From: Nemertoderma westbladi
Taxonomy: Eukaryota > Animalia > Xenacoelomorpha
DNA: 64,000 nucleotides
Assembly: GCA_032718475.1 (NCBI GenBank)
Contig: JAUCBJ010001126.1
Coordinates: 107-64,106 of the forward strand
Direction of reading: 5' to 3'
Under the pieces are notes generated by a model that saw only the letters and a program-made list of their open reading frames with translations, was not told where the DNA came from and ran no database searches. This document shows, in pieces, positions 12,362 through 23,489 of the stretch; positions within the stretch are counted from its first letter, which is position 1, and every line of letters starts with the position of its first letter. Both the position numbers and the translations under genes were made by a program.

Positions 12362-12782
12362 GGCTCTTCCCTGTAGGACAGCTGGCTGACATGTGACCTA
12401 TTTCGCCACACCTAAAAAAAATATCAAAAAAATATAAGTATCAAAGTATTAGCTATGACACTAATAAACCGGATGGATGGAACCGGAAGTATGGTATAAT
12501 AAGGAAAGCACCCAAAAAACGTAGTATGTCAAATTTCTTTAATTTATTATTTCTTTATCAATTTATTTATACAGTTGTAGTTTAGTTTAATTTATACTTA
12601 CTTTTATAATGACTTGCAGTAGTTATAAAAAGGTGATGACCACATCCGGCCACTGTGTAACGAGTACCGGTACAGCTAGCTATACTGATTGTGTAACTGA
12701 TTGTGTACCGGTACAGCTAGTTTCCACACCACTTTCACAAAGCCGTGCAAAGGGTGTCATTAGTGACACCTTCCCCTGTAGT

Positions 12783-13560
12783 ATAGGCTATATCTTTACG
12801 GAGCCGTACAGTCGTCTACAGTTCCCCAGTCTGCAGCTAGATGGGGAATTGTCTAATAGTGAAAACCTTCTCTAACTTTGTTATTTACAACCCTTTTAAG
12901 CTGAAACTTGGTAGGTATCGACTGCGGCATAGACTGTATCATTACGGAGCCGTAGATTCATCTACACTTCCATAGTCTGCCGGTAGAGGGCGAATTGTCT
13001 GATAGTAAAAATTTGATCTCATTTAGTTGTTTTAAATCCTTTTGAACTGAAACTTGGTAGGTATCTATTACGGCATAGGCTATATCTTTTACGGAGTCGC
13101 AGAGTAGTCTGAAGTTCCCCTGTCTGCCACTAGAGGGCTAATTGCCTTAAAGTGAAAACCTGATCTAATTTGGTTGTTTTTAATGCTTTTTTGCTGATAA
13201 TTGGTAGATGTGTATTAAACCATAGGGTGTATGTCTACGTCTAGGGAGTACGCCAAACAACCTGCAGTTCTCTATTTGACCGCTAGGTGGCGAAATGTCT
13301 GAAAGTGAAAACCTTCTCCCATTTCGATGTTTATAATGCTGCTCGGCTGATACTTGTCAGAGGTCTACCACACCATAGACAGCGTGTTTGTGGAGAACTC
13401 TGACCAATCTGCAATAGCTATGTCTGCCGCTAGAGGGCGAAATGTCTGAAAGTTAACATATTCTCTAACTTTGTTATTTACAATCCGTTTAGACTGAAAC
13501 TTGTCTAGGCATCTCTTATGGGGACGATGTTTCATTATATGGTGTCTGTTCCGTATGCAG
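12783..13560 (+). promoter_or_regulatory. ~147-bp diverged tandem array, each unit with a CTCF-like site
   Basis: Cores at 12834, 12980, 13127 (CCACTAGAGGGC), 13280 (CCGCTAGGTGGCG) and 13427 (CCGCTAGAGGGCG), each preceded by a CTGCAGTTC-like motif. Confidence 0.7.
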
Positions 13561-13765
13561 TTCTCCAATCTGTCACTCATTTCTCCACACACTCATACTG
13601 TATATTATCATCTATACGTCCCTCTTTAATAATTTTCTTTGAACTGAGGTTTTCGAGAGGGCGCTGTTTCCAATAATAGATATATTATTTATTACACCAT
13701 TTTAAACCCTCACCCTCAGCATCACCCTCAACCTCACCCTCAGCCTCACATCCGAGTCATTAGGT

Positions 13766-13847
13766 CTGCCTCAGACAAGAAATCTGAGGTTGGCTGCCTC
13801 AGACAAGAAATCTGAGGTTGGCTGCCTCAGACAAGAAATCTGAGGTT
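13766..13847. repeat. 28-bp tandem repeat (3 copies here, 2 in the paralogous copy)
   Basis: CTGCCTCAGACAAGAAATCTGAGGTTGG; internal TCAGA/TCTGA stem. Confidence 0.8.
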
Positions 13848-14137
13848 GTATTGTCAAACATTGAGGTCCAGCAAAGATTGAAAAAGAGCTTGAATGAGAG
13901 TACATGGTAGACGATCTAATTAATCTTTCATATACGCATACGTTGCTTTCTATCAATTCCCTAATTACCGCTTTTATTTCTTGTGCGATTTCCTTTCTTA
14001 TTGTTCAATTATTTTTTCGAGTATTTCCTCATTTTACCCCGATTGGGGGTGTTAATTGATTAAGTGCTGTACTCAGTACTGCAGCAATCAGATACCAACT
14101 TTTTACTTTAGGCCTATCGGTTTGGGCAGTTGGGAAA

Positions 14138-16546
14138 ATGCTTGGGGAACATGAGCCCAATATTCAGACTACCCCTACCCCAACTGTGCCTCTAAACACG
14201 CCAGGCGGTCCACCGAACGGTCAGTCCACGAATAAAGGTCGAGGCGCTAAGCGTCCTCGAATAAGAAGTAGTGACTCCGCAACACCATCGATTAACACCA
14301 TCCCACCTGGAGATCGGTCAAACTTCGTATTCGGCAATGCGCAAACCTCAGGCCCGGATCAAACCAGCCAAGTTCTACTTCCAACTACCGGTAATTATCT
14401 CGAGTTGTTACAGTTGATACCAGGGATAAAGGAGGGAGTTGATACATTACAGTTATCGTTTAACGACGCCACGGCTACGATTCATAGCAACTCCTGGAGG
14501 TTAGACTCCTTGCATCGACGCCAGGTTGAAACTGAAAAACTTATATCGAGCCGTTGTCTAATAGTAGCTGGTTTCCCGGAAGGTACAAGCAATGAAGTAC
14601 CGGTACTCGAGGATGTGATGGGTGAGTTTATCAGCGGACGACTGGGAGTTCACCAACCACTTAATATTGAGCGAATATTTAGATTGGGACTCCTGAAACG
14701 AAACGCACGCAGTCATCCAATTAAGGTGGAGTTTCTAAGTCTTAAAACGCGGAATTTGGTGCTAGAAGCTGCTCGAAATTGCCTTGGTAAGGATTCGTCG
14801 ATTCGCTTCTCAGAAGATCTGCCAGTTGAGTTACGCCAACAGCGCGACACACTATCCCGACTGGCACGTGAGGCAACCACACTCGGTATGAGTAGCGCGG
14901 TCTGTGGAAACAAGCTTCTCTTGAATGGCAGCTCCATCAGCGGGTGGGAAGTTTATTCATCCCCGAATATAAGTTTATCGGCCATTCTCGGACGGGGCCA
15001 GTACCATTATCCAGCTGTATTGAAACCCTCTACCCCCGAACACCGCCCACCCTACCAACTGAACCAGTTCCACCACGCTCATCCGGTTCGACCAGTACCA
15101 CCACCCTCATCTGTGAGGAATAACCCCTATACCGGATCTGGAAACCCATGTTCCGCATCCGCTTTAGACGACCAGCCAGTCTCGGCCGGTAATGCTTACG
15201 GTAACGGTGGTTACATTTCTACCCAGTATACACGACCGCGACCAAGCGCTGCGTATTGCCCTACAGTCTTTCACCCTGGTCGACCAGAACTTCCAAGCAA
15301 TATTCGACCAGGTCCACCGCCCAGTGTCAATACCAGATACCGGTACCCTACTATGAGTCAGACTAATGCGCCATCTATCGGAGGTGATGGTGAGAATGGA
15401 TGGCAGGTCGTTGTGAACCAAAATAAAAATTCAAGAAAATCCTACCCCGCAGTCCGAGACAGTATGTTATTGAACAACAAATTTGGAGTGCTTATGGACC
15501 TCGATGATGGTGGTGTGGAAGCGATTACTCAGAGTCAAAATCATACGATCTGCTCTGTACCCAATACCTATATGTCTAGTATTAGTAGAAACGATGTACG
15601 AATCAGTAGAAGTTTGTATTTAGCTGGTGCTAATGACGATATACCCCATTCTGTTACAGTGAATGATGTACCAAACAGTAGTAGTCAGTTTATATCTGGT
15701 GCTAATAACGATATACCCCATCCTGTTACGGTGAATGATGTACCAAACAGTAGTAGTCAGTTTATATCTGGTGCTAATAACGATATACCCCATTCTGTTA
15801 CGGTGAATGATGAACCAAATAGGAGTAGTCTGTATATAGCTGGTGCTAATGGCGATATATCCCACACTGTTACGATGAATGACGACAGTACTCCTCATTA
15901 TGTAATGGTAAATGAAGAAACAAACAGCTCAAATATTTCGACTGGTGTGAATAGTTTTGTCGGAAGTGTGACAGAAAATTATTTTTCAAATAAAACCAGT
16001 GAAGTAGTGCGCAAAAAATGCGCACGCAGTGACAGTCTGGATACGTGTATAAGTAATCTGCGTATGAGAAACAATATGCCTCCTATACCCAGCTCAGTTG
16101 TAGGTGTGTCTAGTTGTGCAATCAATTATCGCACTAGTGTAGCTACAGCTCCAGCGCATAGTATATCAGTTTCTACTTCTAACAGTATTAGAAGTTATTC
16201 TTATGATAATATCAATGAGTTTCACTGCCCTGATTCCGTCGGCTGTTCTAATGATATAAACTTTCAATTTTCCAATAACTGTAAACCCAGTTCTAGGAAA
16301 CCCAAAAACCCAAAAGGCGTTAGTTTTGGCCACTGCCCAAGGGGGCGCAACACAAAGCGTCAAGAATCGACATCGCGCCGCGTTACGCGATCTAACTCGG
16401 GTAACAGAATAAGCCAACGGTCCCAGAGCAGTGGTATCGTTACCGTTGTAGGAGTGTCTAACATTGCTGTAGGAAATAGTGTAGCCAATCAATGTGCTCA
16501 AACGACTGCAAACCCTCATCAGCCAGACAGCCTCTATCCGGACTAA
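14138..16546 (+). CDS. LINE ORF1: coiled coil + L1-type RRM/CTD, long disordered tail
   Basis: SRCLIVAGFPE..IERIFRLG..PIKVEF..IRFSEDLPVELRQQR; 72-bp (24-aa) repeats at 15626, 15698, 15770, 15842. Confidence 0.8.
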   Translation: MLGEHEPNIQTTPTPTVPLNTPGGPPNGQSTNKGRGAKRPRIRSSDSATPSINTIPPGDRSNFVFGNAQTSGPDQTSQVLLPTTGNYLELLQLIPGIKEGVDTLQLSFNDATATIHSNSWRLDSLHRRQVETEKLISSRCLIVAGFPEGTSNEVPVLEDVMGEFISGRLGVHQPLNIERIFRLGLLKRNARSHPIKVEFLSLKTRNLVLEAARNCLGKDSSIRFSEDLPVELRQQRDTLSRLAREATTLGMSSAVCGNKLLLNGSSISGWEVYSSPNISLSAILGRGQYHYPAVLKPSTPEHRPPYQLNQFHHAHPVRPVPPPSSVRNNPYTGSGNPCSASALDDQPVSAGNAYGNGGYISTQYTRPRPSAAYCPTVFHPGRPELPSNIRPGPPPSVNTRYRYPTMSQTNAPSIGGDGENGWQVVVNQNKNSRKSYPAVRDSMLLNNKFGVLMDLDDGGVEAITQSQNHTICSVPNTYMSSISRNDVRISRSLYLAGANDDIPHSVTVNDVPNSSSQFISGANNDIPHPVTVNDVPNSSSQFISGANNDIPHSVTVNDEPNRSSLYIAGANGDISHTVTMNDDSTPHYVMVNEETNSSNISTGVNSFVGSVTENYFSNKTSEVVRKKCARSDSLDTCISNLRMRNNMPPIPSSVVGVSSCAINYRTSVATAPAHSISVSTSNSIRSYSYDNINEFHCPDSVGCSNDINFQFSNNCKPSSRKPKNPKGVSFGHCPRGRNTKRQESTSRRVTRSNSGNRISQRSQSSGIVTVVGVSNIAVGNSVANQCAQTTANPHQPDSLYPD

Positions 16547-19500
16547 ATAACGCTTCTGAAAATGACTTACAACATGGGACAGAACCCAACAATTCAATTT
16601 TATCACGACAAAATTGGAATGAATTTCAACCTAAATTTTCTATTGGCCTTTTGAACGTTGAGGGTTTGCTTTCTAAGCTAGAGGATCCAAATTTTTGTGA
16701 TGTTATAAATAGGTACGATTTTTTCATCTGCACTGAGACATGGCTGAACCCATCAGCTAAGAAAAAAGTTTTTCTAGCAGGTTATGAATCTTTCTCTGCT
16801 ACCAGAGCCACAAAGCATCCAAATGCTAAACGTTTTGATGGCGGGGTAACTATTTTAGTAAAAAACAACTTAGCCAGTTTCATTTCTCCGCTTGATGGTC
16901 TGGATAGTGAATACATAGTGGGTTTAAAATTAGACGCAAATAAGTTACACATTGAACGCGATATTATTCTGTTCTCAGTTTATATCCCGCCTTCCGGTTC
17001 ACATGCTGGTGCAGGTGACCCATCATCTCTCTTTGACATTCTGCAGGATGTTATTGCCAGTTATAGTAGTGGTAGTGATGTTATTGTAGTGGGAGACTTT
17101 AATGGTAGGACAGGGACCGAACCAGATTACATAATTGGGGATGCCATTACTACAGGTGCGCTTGACAGTCTACTGCCTCCAGACTACTCATACGACGATG
17201 GTGACTTTGTGTTGCCTAGCATCCAGAAGGTTAGAGTAAACCAGGACAAGGTAGTTAATAATTTCGGACATAGACTCTTATCACTGTGTATGTCAACAGG
17301 GTTGCGTATCCTGAATGGCAGGATGGATAAAGATGCAACTGTCGGCAAGTGTACTTTCCATTCGGTAGGAAATAATATGACACGTAGGTCCACAATTGAC
17401 TATGTTCTTTGCTCAAAGGATTTGCTTGGTAGATGTTCCTCATTTTCCATTGACGACCCAAATATTTTTTCCCACCACTCATTACTTTCTGCATCATTTG
17501 TAGAACAGTCCGCTACAATCTCTGATGCAGAACATGAGGACACAACAGACTATAGAGTAGAGAATAGTGAAGTGAATAATAGAACTAGTAAGCTAATATG
17601 GAAGGACTCCCGTAAACAAGCCTTTGTAAGTGACCTTGAATCAGTGGACATGCAATCGCGTTTGGGGGACATTCAGGATTCTCTGACAGGTGGTATCTAT
17701 TCAGCCGACTTAATTGAAAGTGCGACCCAACTGTTGTGTGACTGCATCACAGATACCGCAACTAAGTATTTTAAGGTTAGAGGTAACAACAATAGCAGTA
17801 TGCATACTATCGATGCACCTTGGTATAAGGACGAGTGTTGTGAACGACTGCACGATTTTCGTAGAGCCCTTAATCATTGGTGTACCAGTAAATCGCCTGA
17901 ATCGTTTACAATCCTATCAAAATCTCGTAGTATCTATCATAGAACATTGCGTCAATCTAAGGCACAATTCCGGCTGGATCAGTCTAATAAGTTGGAATCC
18001 TTGAGATGTTCAGAATCTAAAAAATTCTGGAAACTGTTAGCTAAGGCGTCTGGAAATTCTAGTTCTGCAGGCAGTACTAATAAACTTACACTCAAGGATT
18101 TTGAGACCCATTTTCGTAGTTTAATCGACACGTCATCCACTTTTCAGGATATGGGCATCGAACCCGATCCTGAAATTGATCCTCAGTTCAGTAGATCCAT
18201 CCTTGAAGGCGAAGTGTCACAACCAATTTCCCTAGACGAACTCATTTCCGCAGTTAGTAAATTGAAACGCAACAAAGCTCCCGGTGTAGATCTTCTCTTA
18301 TCCGAGTTTTTCATTGAGGCCAAGGAAGCTCTATTCCCTACAATCCATACTCTTTTTAATGCTGTATTGTATTCTGGACACTTCCCGCGTGCTTGGACAA
18401 CTGCATTGGTCACCCCAATTTATAAAAAGAAAGGCAGCAGCTTAGATACAAACAATTACCGCGGTATATCGTTGCTTAGTACTCTTGGTAAACTGTTTAC
18501 AACCATATTGAACACACGCTTGTTTAGCAGAGAAGGTCTTCAATGTGCACTTGATATTCTGGGTCACTATACAGACTACTGGGCTCTTAAGGTTAACTTG
18601 GATAAAACAAATATAATAATCTTCCGACGCGGTGGGACCTCTGCAGTACTAGACAGATGGACATATAAGGGATGCCCTGTGAAGGTTGTCTCGTCATATA
18701 CCTATTTAGGGGTTGAGTTCTCTTCCTCAGGAAGCTTCTTTGTCGCACAGAAGTCCCTTGCATCGAAAGCCAATAAAGCTCTGTTTTCTCTATACAAGTA
18801 CCTAAGCCATTTTTTGAACATTTCATTTGACCTTCGTATAAAACTATTCTCAACTCTTATAATACCAATTTTGAACTACGGTGCAGAAGTTTGGGGTTTT
18901 CACGCAGGGAGAGAGATTGAACGAGTCCAACTATCTTTTCTTAAACGCATAATTGGTGTGAAATCGAGTACACCGAATTTTATGGTATACGGCGAGTCAG
19001 GTGTAATTCCATTGGCTGTTTACAGGAAATTTATAATACTGAAGTTTTGGGTTCGCCTTCTATCATTGTCTAACAATCCTTAAGTAAACGAATTTATCTT
19101 GAACTATACAAAGACGCAACTGCAAGTAGATCCACTGTGAATTGGGCCTCTAGGGTCAGAGACACGTTAAATGGGTTAGGATTGAGTTGGGCTTGGGAGG
19201 TACAAGAGGTTGAGGATCGAAATAGTTTTTTAGGATTAGTCAAACGGATTTTATCTGACCAGTTCGTACAGGCCTGGTGGGCAAACATAAACGGGTCACC
19301 TAAGGGGAGACTCTACATTAAAGATCGGTTTGGTACAGAACTGTATTTGAACTCTCTGAAAAGTTTCCCCTCCTTAAAGCTGGCGCTAGCCCGCCTGCGG
19401 TGCTCAAGCCACAGGTTGCAAGTGGAGGTAGGCCGGTGGGAGCGACAGGAGCCTTCCGAGAGATTGTGTCGAATCTGTAACTCTGGAGAAATTGAGGATG

Positions 19501-19694
19501 AACTTCATTTTTTACTGATTTGTCCCGCATACAGAGAACTAAGAATAGAATTTATTAAAATGTATTATCAATTATTTCCATCCCTTTTTAAGTACCGCAA
19601 ATTATTATCATCCCAGTCCAGATCTGAAGTAAAAAATCTATCTATCTTTATTAGTAAGGCTACCAAACTTAGAAATACATTGTTATTGCTATAA
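16492..19694 (+). pseudogene. LINE ORF2 (APE, RT lacking catalytic core, C-terminal zinc finger), frameshifted
   Basis: APE motifs NVEG, TETW, YIPP, GDFN, TIDY; NYRGISLL..NTRL joined directly to FSREGLQ; 1-nt loss at ~19081; RLCRIC..EDELHFLLIC. Confidence 0.85.
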
Positions 19695-20313
19695 TCGAAT
19701 ATGTAACTTAACCTATATCAATAAAATTGTAACTACTCAAATCTATGATGTATAATATATGTTGTTATTTCTTTATGCATTGTGCATCTGAGAATTGTAT
19801 TTTTCTTTTTTTTTTATTGGCGCTGGAGCTGACAATGTTTTATGTTTATGTAGTCCAGTAATCGTGTGCTGTCAACTTATAGCATCAATAATGCTAGTTG
19901 TTCTAATATACGTACGACTCTAATAGTTTTAATTAATAAAAAAAATTGAATTGCTAATTACTTATTATTATTATTGAATGTAAAGAATAGTTAAAATGAA
20001 TGTGGGTCAATGTGTGGTTTGATTTTAACGAACTACACGACACTACTAGGTGTGAATGGATTGTAACAAACTATACGACACTAGGTGTAAATGGATTGGA
20101 ACAAACTACACGACAATAGTTTAACAATAATTGAGTCACACCTATCATCGAAAATTTGGAATCATAATATTTTGTTACATTATATATATTGTACATTATC
20201 TATTAATACATATAGCAATATAATTGTAATTTCTTTATTCTAAGTGAAGGCTATTTATTCATTTAATCATTCTTCATTCATTCCTACCTGTCACAATATT
20301 ATGCTAACTTTAA

Positions 20314-20683
20314 GGTAAACACTAGAGTCTTACACCCTTTAACTACAAAAAAATATAGAATCAGGACATTAAGCCCAAAATACCTTCCAGACCCTAAGGC
20401 CATCAAGACCTAGGGTTAGGGTTGCGATACATACTTGTATGTGGAGCATGGTATAATATATTTTGTTTGTGTTTTTTGTTTGTTTTGTTTTGTGTTCCTT
20501 GATGGCCTTAGGGTCTGGAAGGTATTTTGGGCTTAATGTCCTGATACTATATTTTTGTTTGTGTTTTTTGTTTGTTTTGTTTTGTGTTCCTTGATGGCCT
20601 TAGGGTCTGGAAGGTATTTTGGGCTTAATGTCCTGATTCTATATTTTTTTGTAGTTAAAGGGTGTAAGACTCTAGTGTTTACC
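20314..20683. mobile_element. Kolobok-like MITE
   Basis: ~95-bp TIRs GGTAAACACTAGAG.../...CTCTAGTGTTTACC flanked by TTAA; ~92-bp internal tandem duplication; absent from copy 2. Confidence 0.65.
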
Positions 20684-21199
20684 TTAAAGTTAATATATAC
20701 ATCACAACCCCCTGTTAGTCAGTATGTCGGTACATTCAATTATCACAATAGTATGCAGCGTAGACCTTATTATTATCGTCTGCCCTATTAGTATATATTG
20801 TACAGAATTGTATAATTGCAGAATCAACAACAGTAGTATAGAAAACCGATAAATGAGAACACCAACTACCCCCAGGTTAAAGTTTACTACTTATAATGCA
20901 TGTGGAGCTATTTCAATAAGCAAATAATAGGTTCTCATACGCTGATCAAAGGTCATTGTAGATAAAAAATGAGAATGTATGAGTAGGTTTTGGTTTGGAA
21001 ACTAAGGTATTGAAACCTCCTTAATATATGATTTATATTGATATTCAAGTGCTCATGCCATGAGCACTTTACCAAAGTATTGAAAGGTATCAAGGAAAGG
21101 TTAAGTACCAAGGTATTGAAAGTTAATTAAAGTAATTTTTATAATGACTTGCATTCTATATAGTTTACAATAATAATATAATATAATATTTAAATCATA

Positions 21200-21769
21200 T
21201 TAAATAGGTGTAAATTTCCAACCTAAGATTTTAAAAATTATTTTGCAAATATCATTGTGAAACTCTTTAGCATTTTTTGTTTTTAATATAGTAAAATTTT
21301 CAATATTGCAGGGGTGTTCATGCCTACATAGAAACTGAAACAATAAGTACTGTAAACTGAGAAAGTTCTTGCGTTGTATATGCAGTTTATTATATTCCAC
21401 AATGAATCTATTGAAATCACATAAGAGTTTTGTTTCTAAATGACTAATATTGTCTATTTGATTATTAGTAATAACTTGATAAATAAAATTAGCATTCTTG
21501 TAATGTTTAGCATAATTTATTTCTTTTAAACATCTTGTTATATCTTTTCTTGTTATAGAAGAGTACCTATTTTCATAATACTCAACCAATAGATTGTTCT
21601 CTTGAAATTTTTTTGTTATCTCTCTCAATAAATGATCTGAAATTCTACAAAATTGTAGTCCTTGATACTGTCTCATGCAAGATTTGAAATAAGCTTCTCT
21701 ACTATATTTAAACTTAGTAATATGTTTATTATAATTATTATTATTATAAGAAGAATATAAAAGTTCCAT
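21200..21769 (-). CDS. VLTF3: Poxvirus late transcription factor 3 (VLTF3)-like domain, iridovirus/NCLDV-like, N-terminally truncated
   Basis: YSREAYFKSCMRQYQGLQ..LKEINYAKHYKN..ISHLETKLLCDF..RKNFLSLQYLLFQFLCRH..FTILKT..FHNDICKIIFKILGWKFTP follows the Pox_VLTF3 pattern to the natural C-terminus; intronless, AT-rich. Confidence 0.8.
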   Translation of the reverse strand: MELLYSSYNNNNYNKHITKFKYSREAYFKSCMRQYQGLQFCRISDHLLREITKKFQENNLLVEYYENRYSSITRKDITRCLKEINYAKHYKNANFIYQVITNNQIDNISHLETKLLCDFNRFIVEYNKLHIQRKNFLSLQYLLFQFLCRHEHPCNIENFTILKTKNAKEFHNDICKIIFKILGWKFTPI

Positions 21770-22111
21770 GAATTCTTTTACCAGACTGACATTAAGATTT
21801 CAACTACTTTTTAGATTTCAACTACTTGTTTACACCGATTTATCACAAATTATCATCATTTTCACCAAATTTTTCGCTTAAAAATGGATGGATTCCATTT
21901 TCCTGAAAGTTGTTCACATGTTCTGACAATATGGTTGGAAGTTCATACATATATACACCATGTCCCGTAATATAGTATCATAACTCGATGACACGACCCG
22001 CACCCCCCCCTAATTTTTCTACAAATCTCATATCATATTTCATGAAATTTGAGGCAATTACTTTCAGTTTGAAAACCCTTATCATAATTAATTAGTCTGT
22101 TGTTTGGCCTA

Positions 22112-22376
22112 TGTAATATAATAATATAATATTGGTTATTTATATAGCGCTTTTCCACGCTCAGCATACTCAAAGCGCTTTTTTTTATTATCATTACCCC
22201 AGCAAAGCCAGGTTCCCATTATACCGCTGGGTTGACGTAGGCACTAATGTCTAAAGTGTCTTGCCTAGGGACACAACAGTGCGAGATTTCTACAGCCTTT
22301 AGTCGGATTCGAACCTGCGTCACCAAACACTATTGTGTAAGCAGTTCAGGCGCCGTATCCACTCGGACATTGCGAC
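22112..22376 (-). mobile_element. tRNA-derived SINE with CORE/Meta-like centre and L2-like 3' tail
   Basis: On - strand: A box TGTCCGAGTGG (22359-69), B box GGTTCGAATCC (22305-15), TGTGTCCCTAGGCAAGACACTT, tail AAAGCGCTTTGAG...AAAAGCGCTATATAAAT. Confidence 0.8.
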
Positions 22377-22984
22377 ATGTAAACATGTTTGTCAGTCAGT
22401 AAGTCATGAATATCTTGCTTGTCGACAGGCAGGAGCGTGCTGGGGTTTGGGGGCCCCCAGGGGATTCAGGACTCAGGGGCTGATCCAGGAATTTTTGCGA
22501 AGTGGATCGATGGGGAGCGCAGAGCGATCTGCAGATACTGTAGCGCAAATCGAAGGATTGCGCATAAAATTGACAATGTTGTGGGTGCAATTGAATGCTC
22601 TATCTTTGACCGAGATACCAGGTTTCTTTCTCTCGACCACCTATGTACTTTTTCTCGTCACAGATACAAATAAATATTCATTTTGTGTCGCTAAACAGGT
22701 AATATAATGCGCATCGCACTCAGAATGAATACAACAAGGGCTTCCCAGCCTGGTTTTGCCGCCATGTTGCATTGTACGTTCTGGTTATTCAGCAATGTAA
22801 TCAACATTTAAGTACATCAGTAGTAAAATCTGGCTGCCAACCTGTGCAACAGCTGCGCTGTGCACTTGCTGTTTAGTAGACCTAGTGCCTATGCTACAGT
22901 ATTTCTTTTACTCTATGCACAGATCAGTCTGCAAACTATGGCAAATTTCGGCAAGATCTTGGGCCTGCAGGAAGGAAAATTAGA

Positions 22985-23202
22985 GCGTGCACGGCGTACA
23001 CATGCAATCAGAGTATCAGTATGCACATGTGCACCCATGGAATTACAGCGTGAACGCCATGTATGCAAGTATAGAGTGCACGCATGTAATCAGAGTACAT
23101 GCACGTGTGCAGGTGCAGGTGCACCCATGGAATTACAGCGTGCACTCCGTATGCAAATATAGAGTGCACGCATGTAATCAGAGTATGCACGTGTGCACCC
23201 AT
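22985..23202. repeat. ~90-bp TGCA-rich tandem repeat (~2.4 copies)
   Basis: GTGCACCCATGGAATTACAGCGTG at 23029 and 23119. Confidence 0.75.
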
Positions 23203-23489
23203 TCAATTAAATCTTTTTTTGCGCTTGCAAGGCCTGCACATCGTTTTGGCGTGTGAGCACCGTGAAAACCCCCGACTCGGCTGCCATATTAAACAGTTTT
23301 AACTAGTGAGTTAAACAAATGTAAAGCTAATGAGAAGCTGATGTTTGGGAACTCACTCAGGTATCTCTGTACCGGTATTGAAAAATATGCTCAGCTACCG
23401 GTATGTCACCCTTGTCAGCCTATAAACGAATAAACTTCAGTACTTACATCATTATAATTATAATAATAATAATAATTGTTATTATCTAA

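Larger units (their letters stand above)
14064..19931 (+). mobile_element. RTE-X-like non-LTR retrotransposon with internal RT deletion
   Basis: ORF1 + APE/RT/CCHC ORF2; absent at the paralogous site ~38280; ATTAA at both junctions (14059-63, 19932-36), 3' junction ambiguous. Confidence 0.85.
3604..20831. repeat. Copy 1 of ~4.3 kb direct repeat, expanded by three nested insertions
   Basis: 3604-5675, 12367-14063, 19937-20304 and ~20742-20831 are colinear and highly similar to 33391-38721. Confidence 0.92.

Noticed and set aside
14059-19936. piggyBac/Kolobok insertion suggested by TTAA at both junctions
   Set aside because: Content is a LINE, no TIRs; the junction similarity is AT-rich microhomology or a short TSD
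22305-22376. tRNA gene
   Set aside because: A and B boxes are present but there is no clean cloverleaf, and it continues into a SINE body and tail
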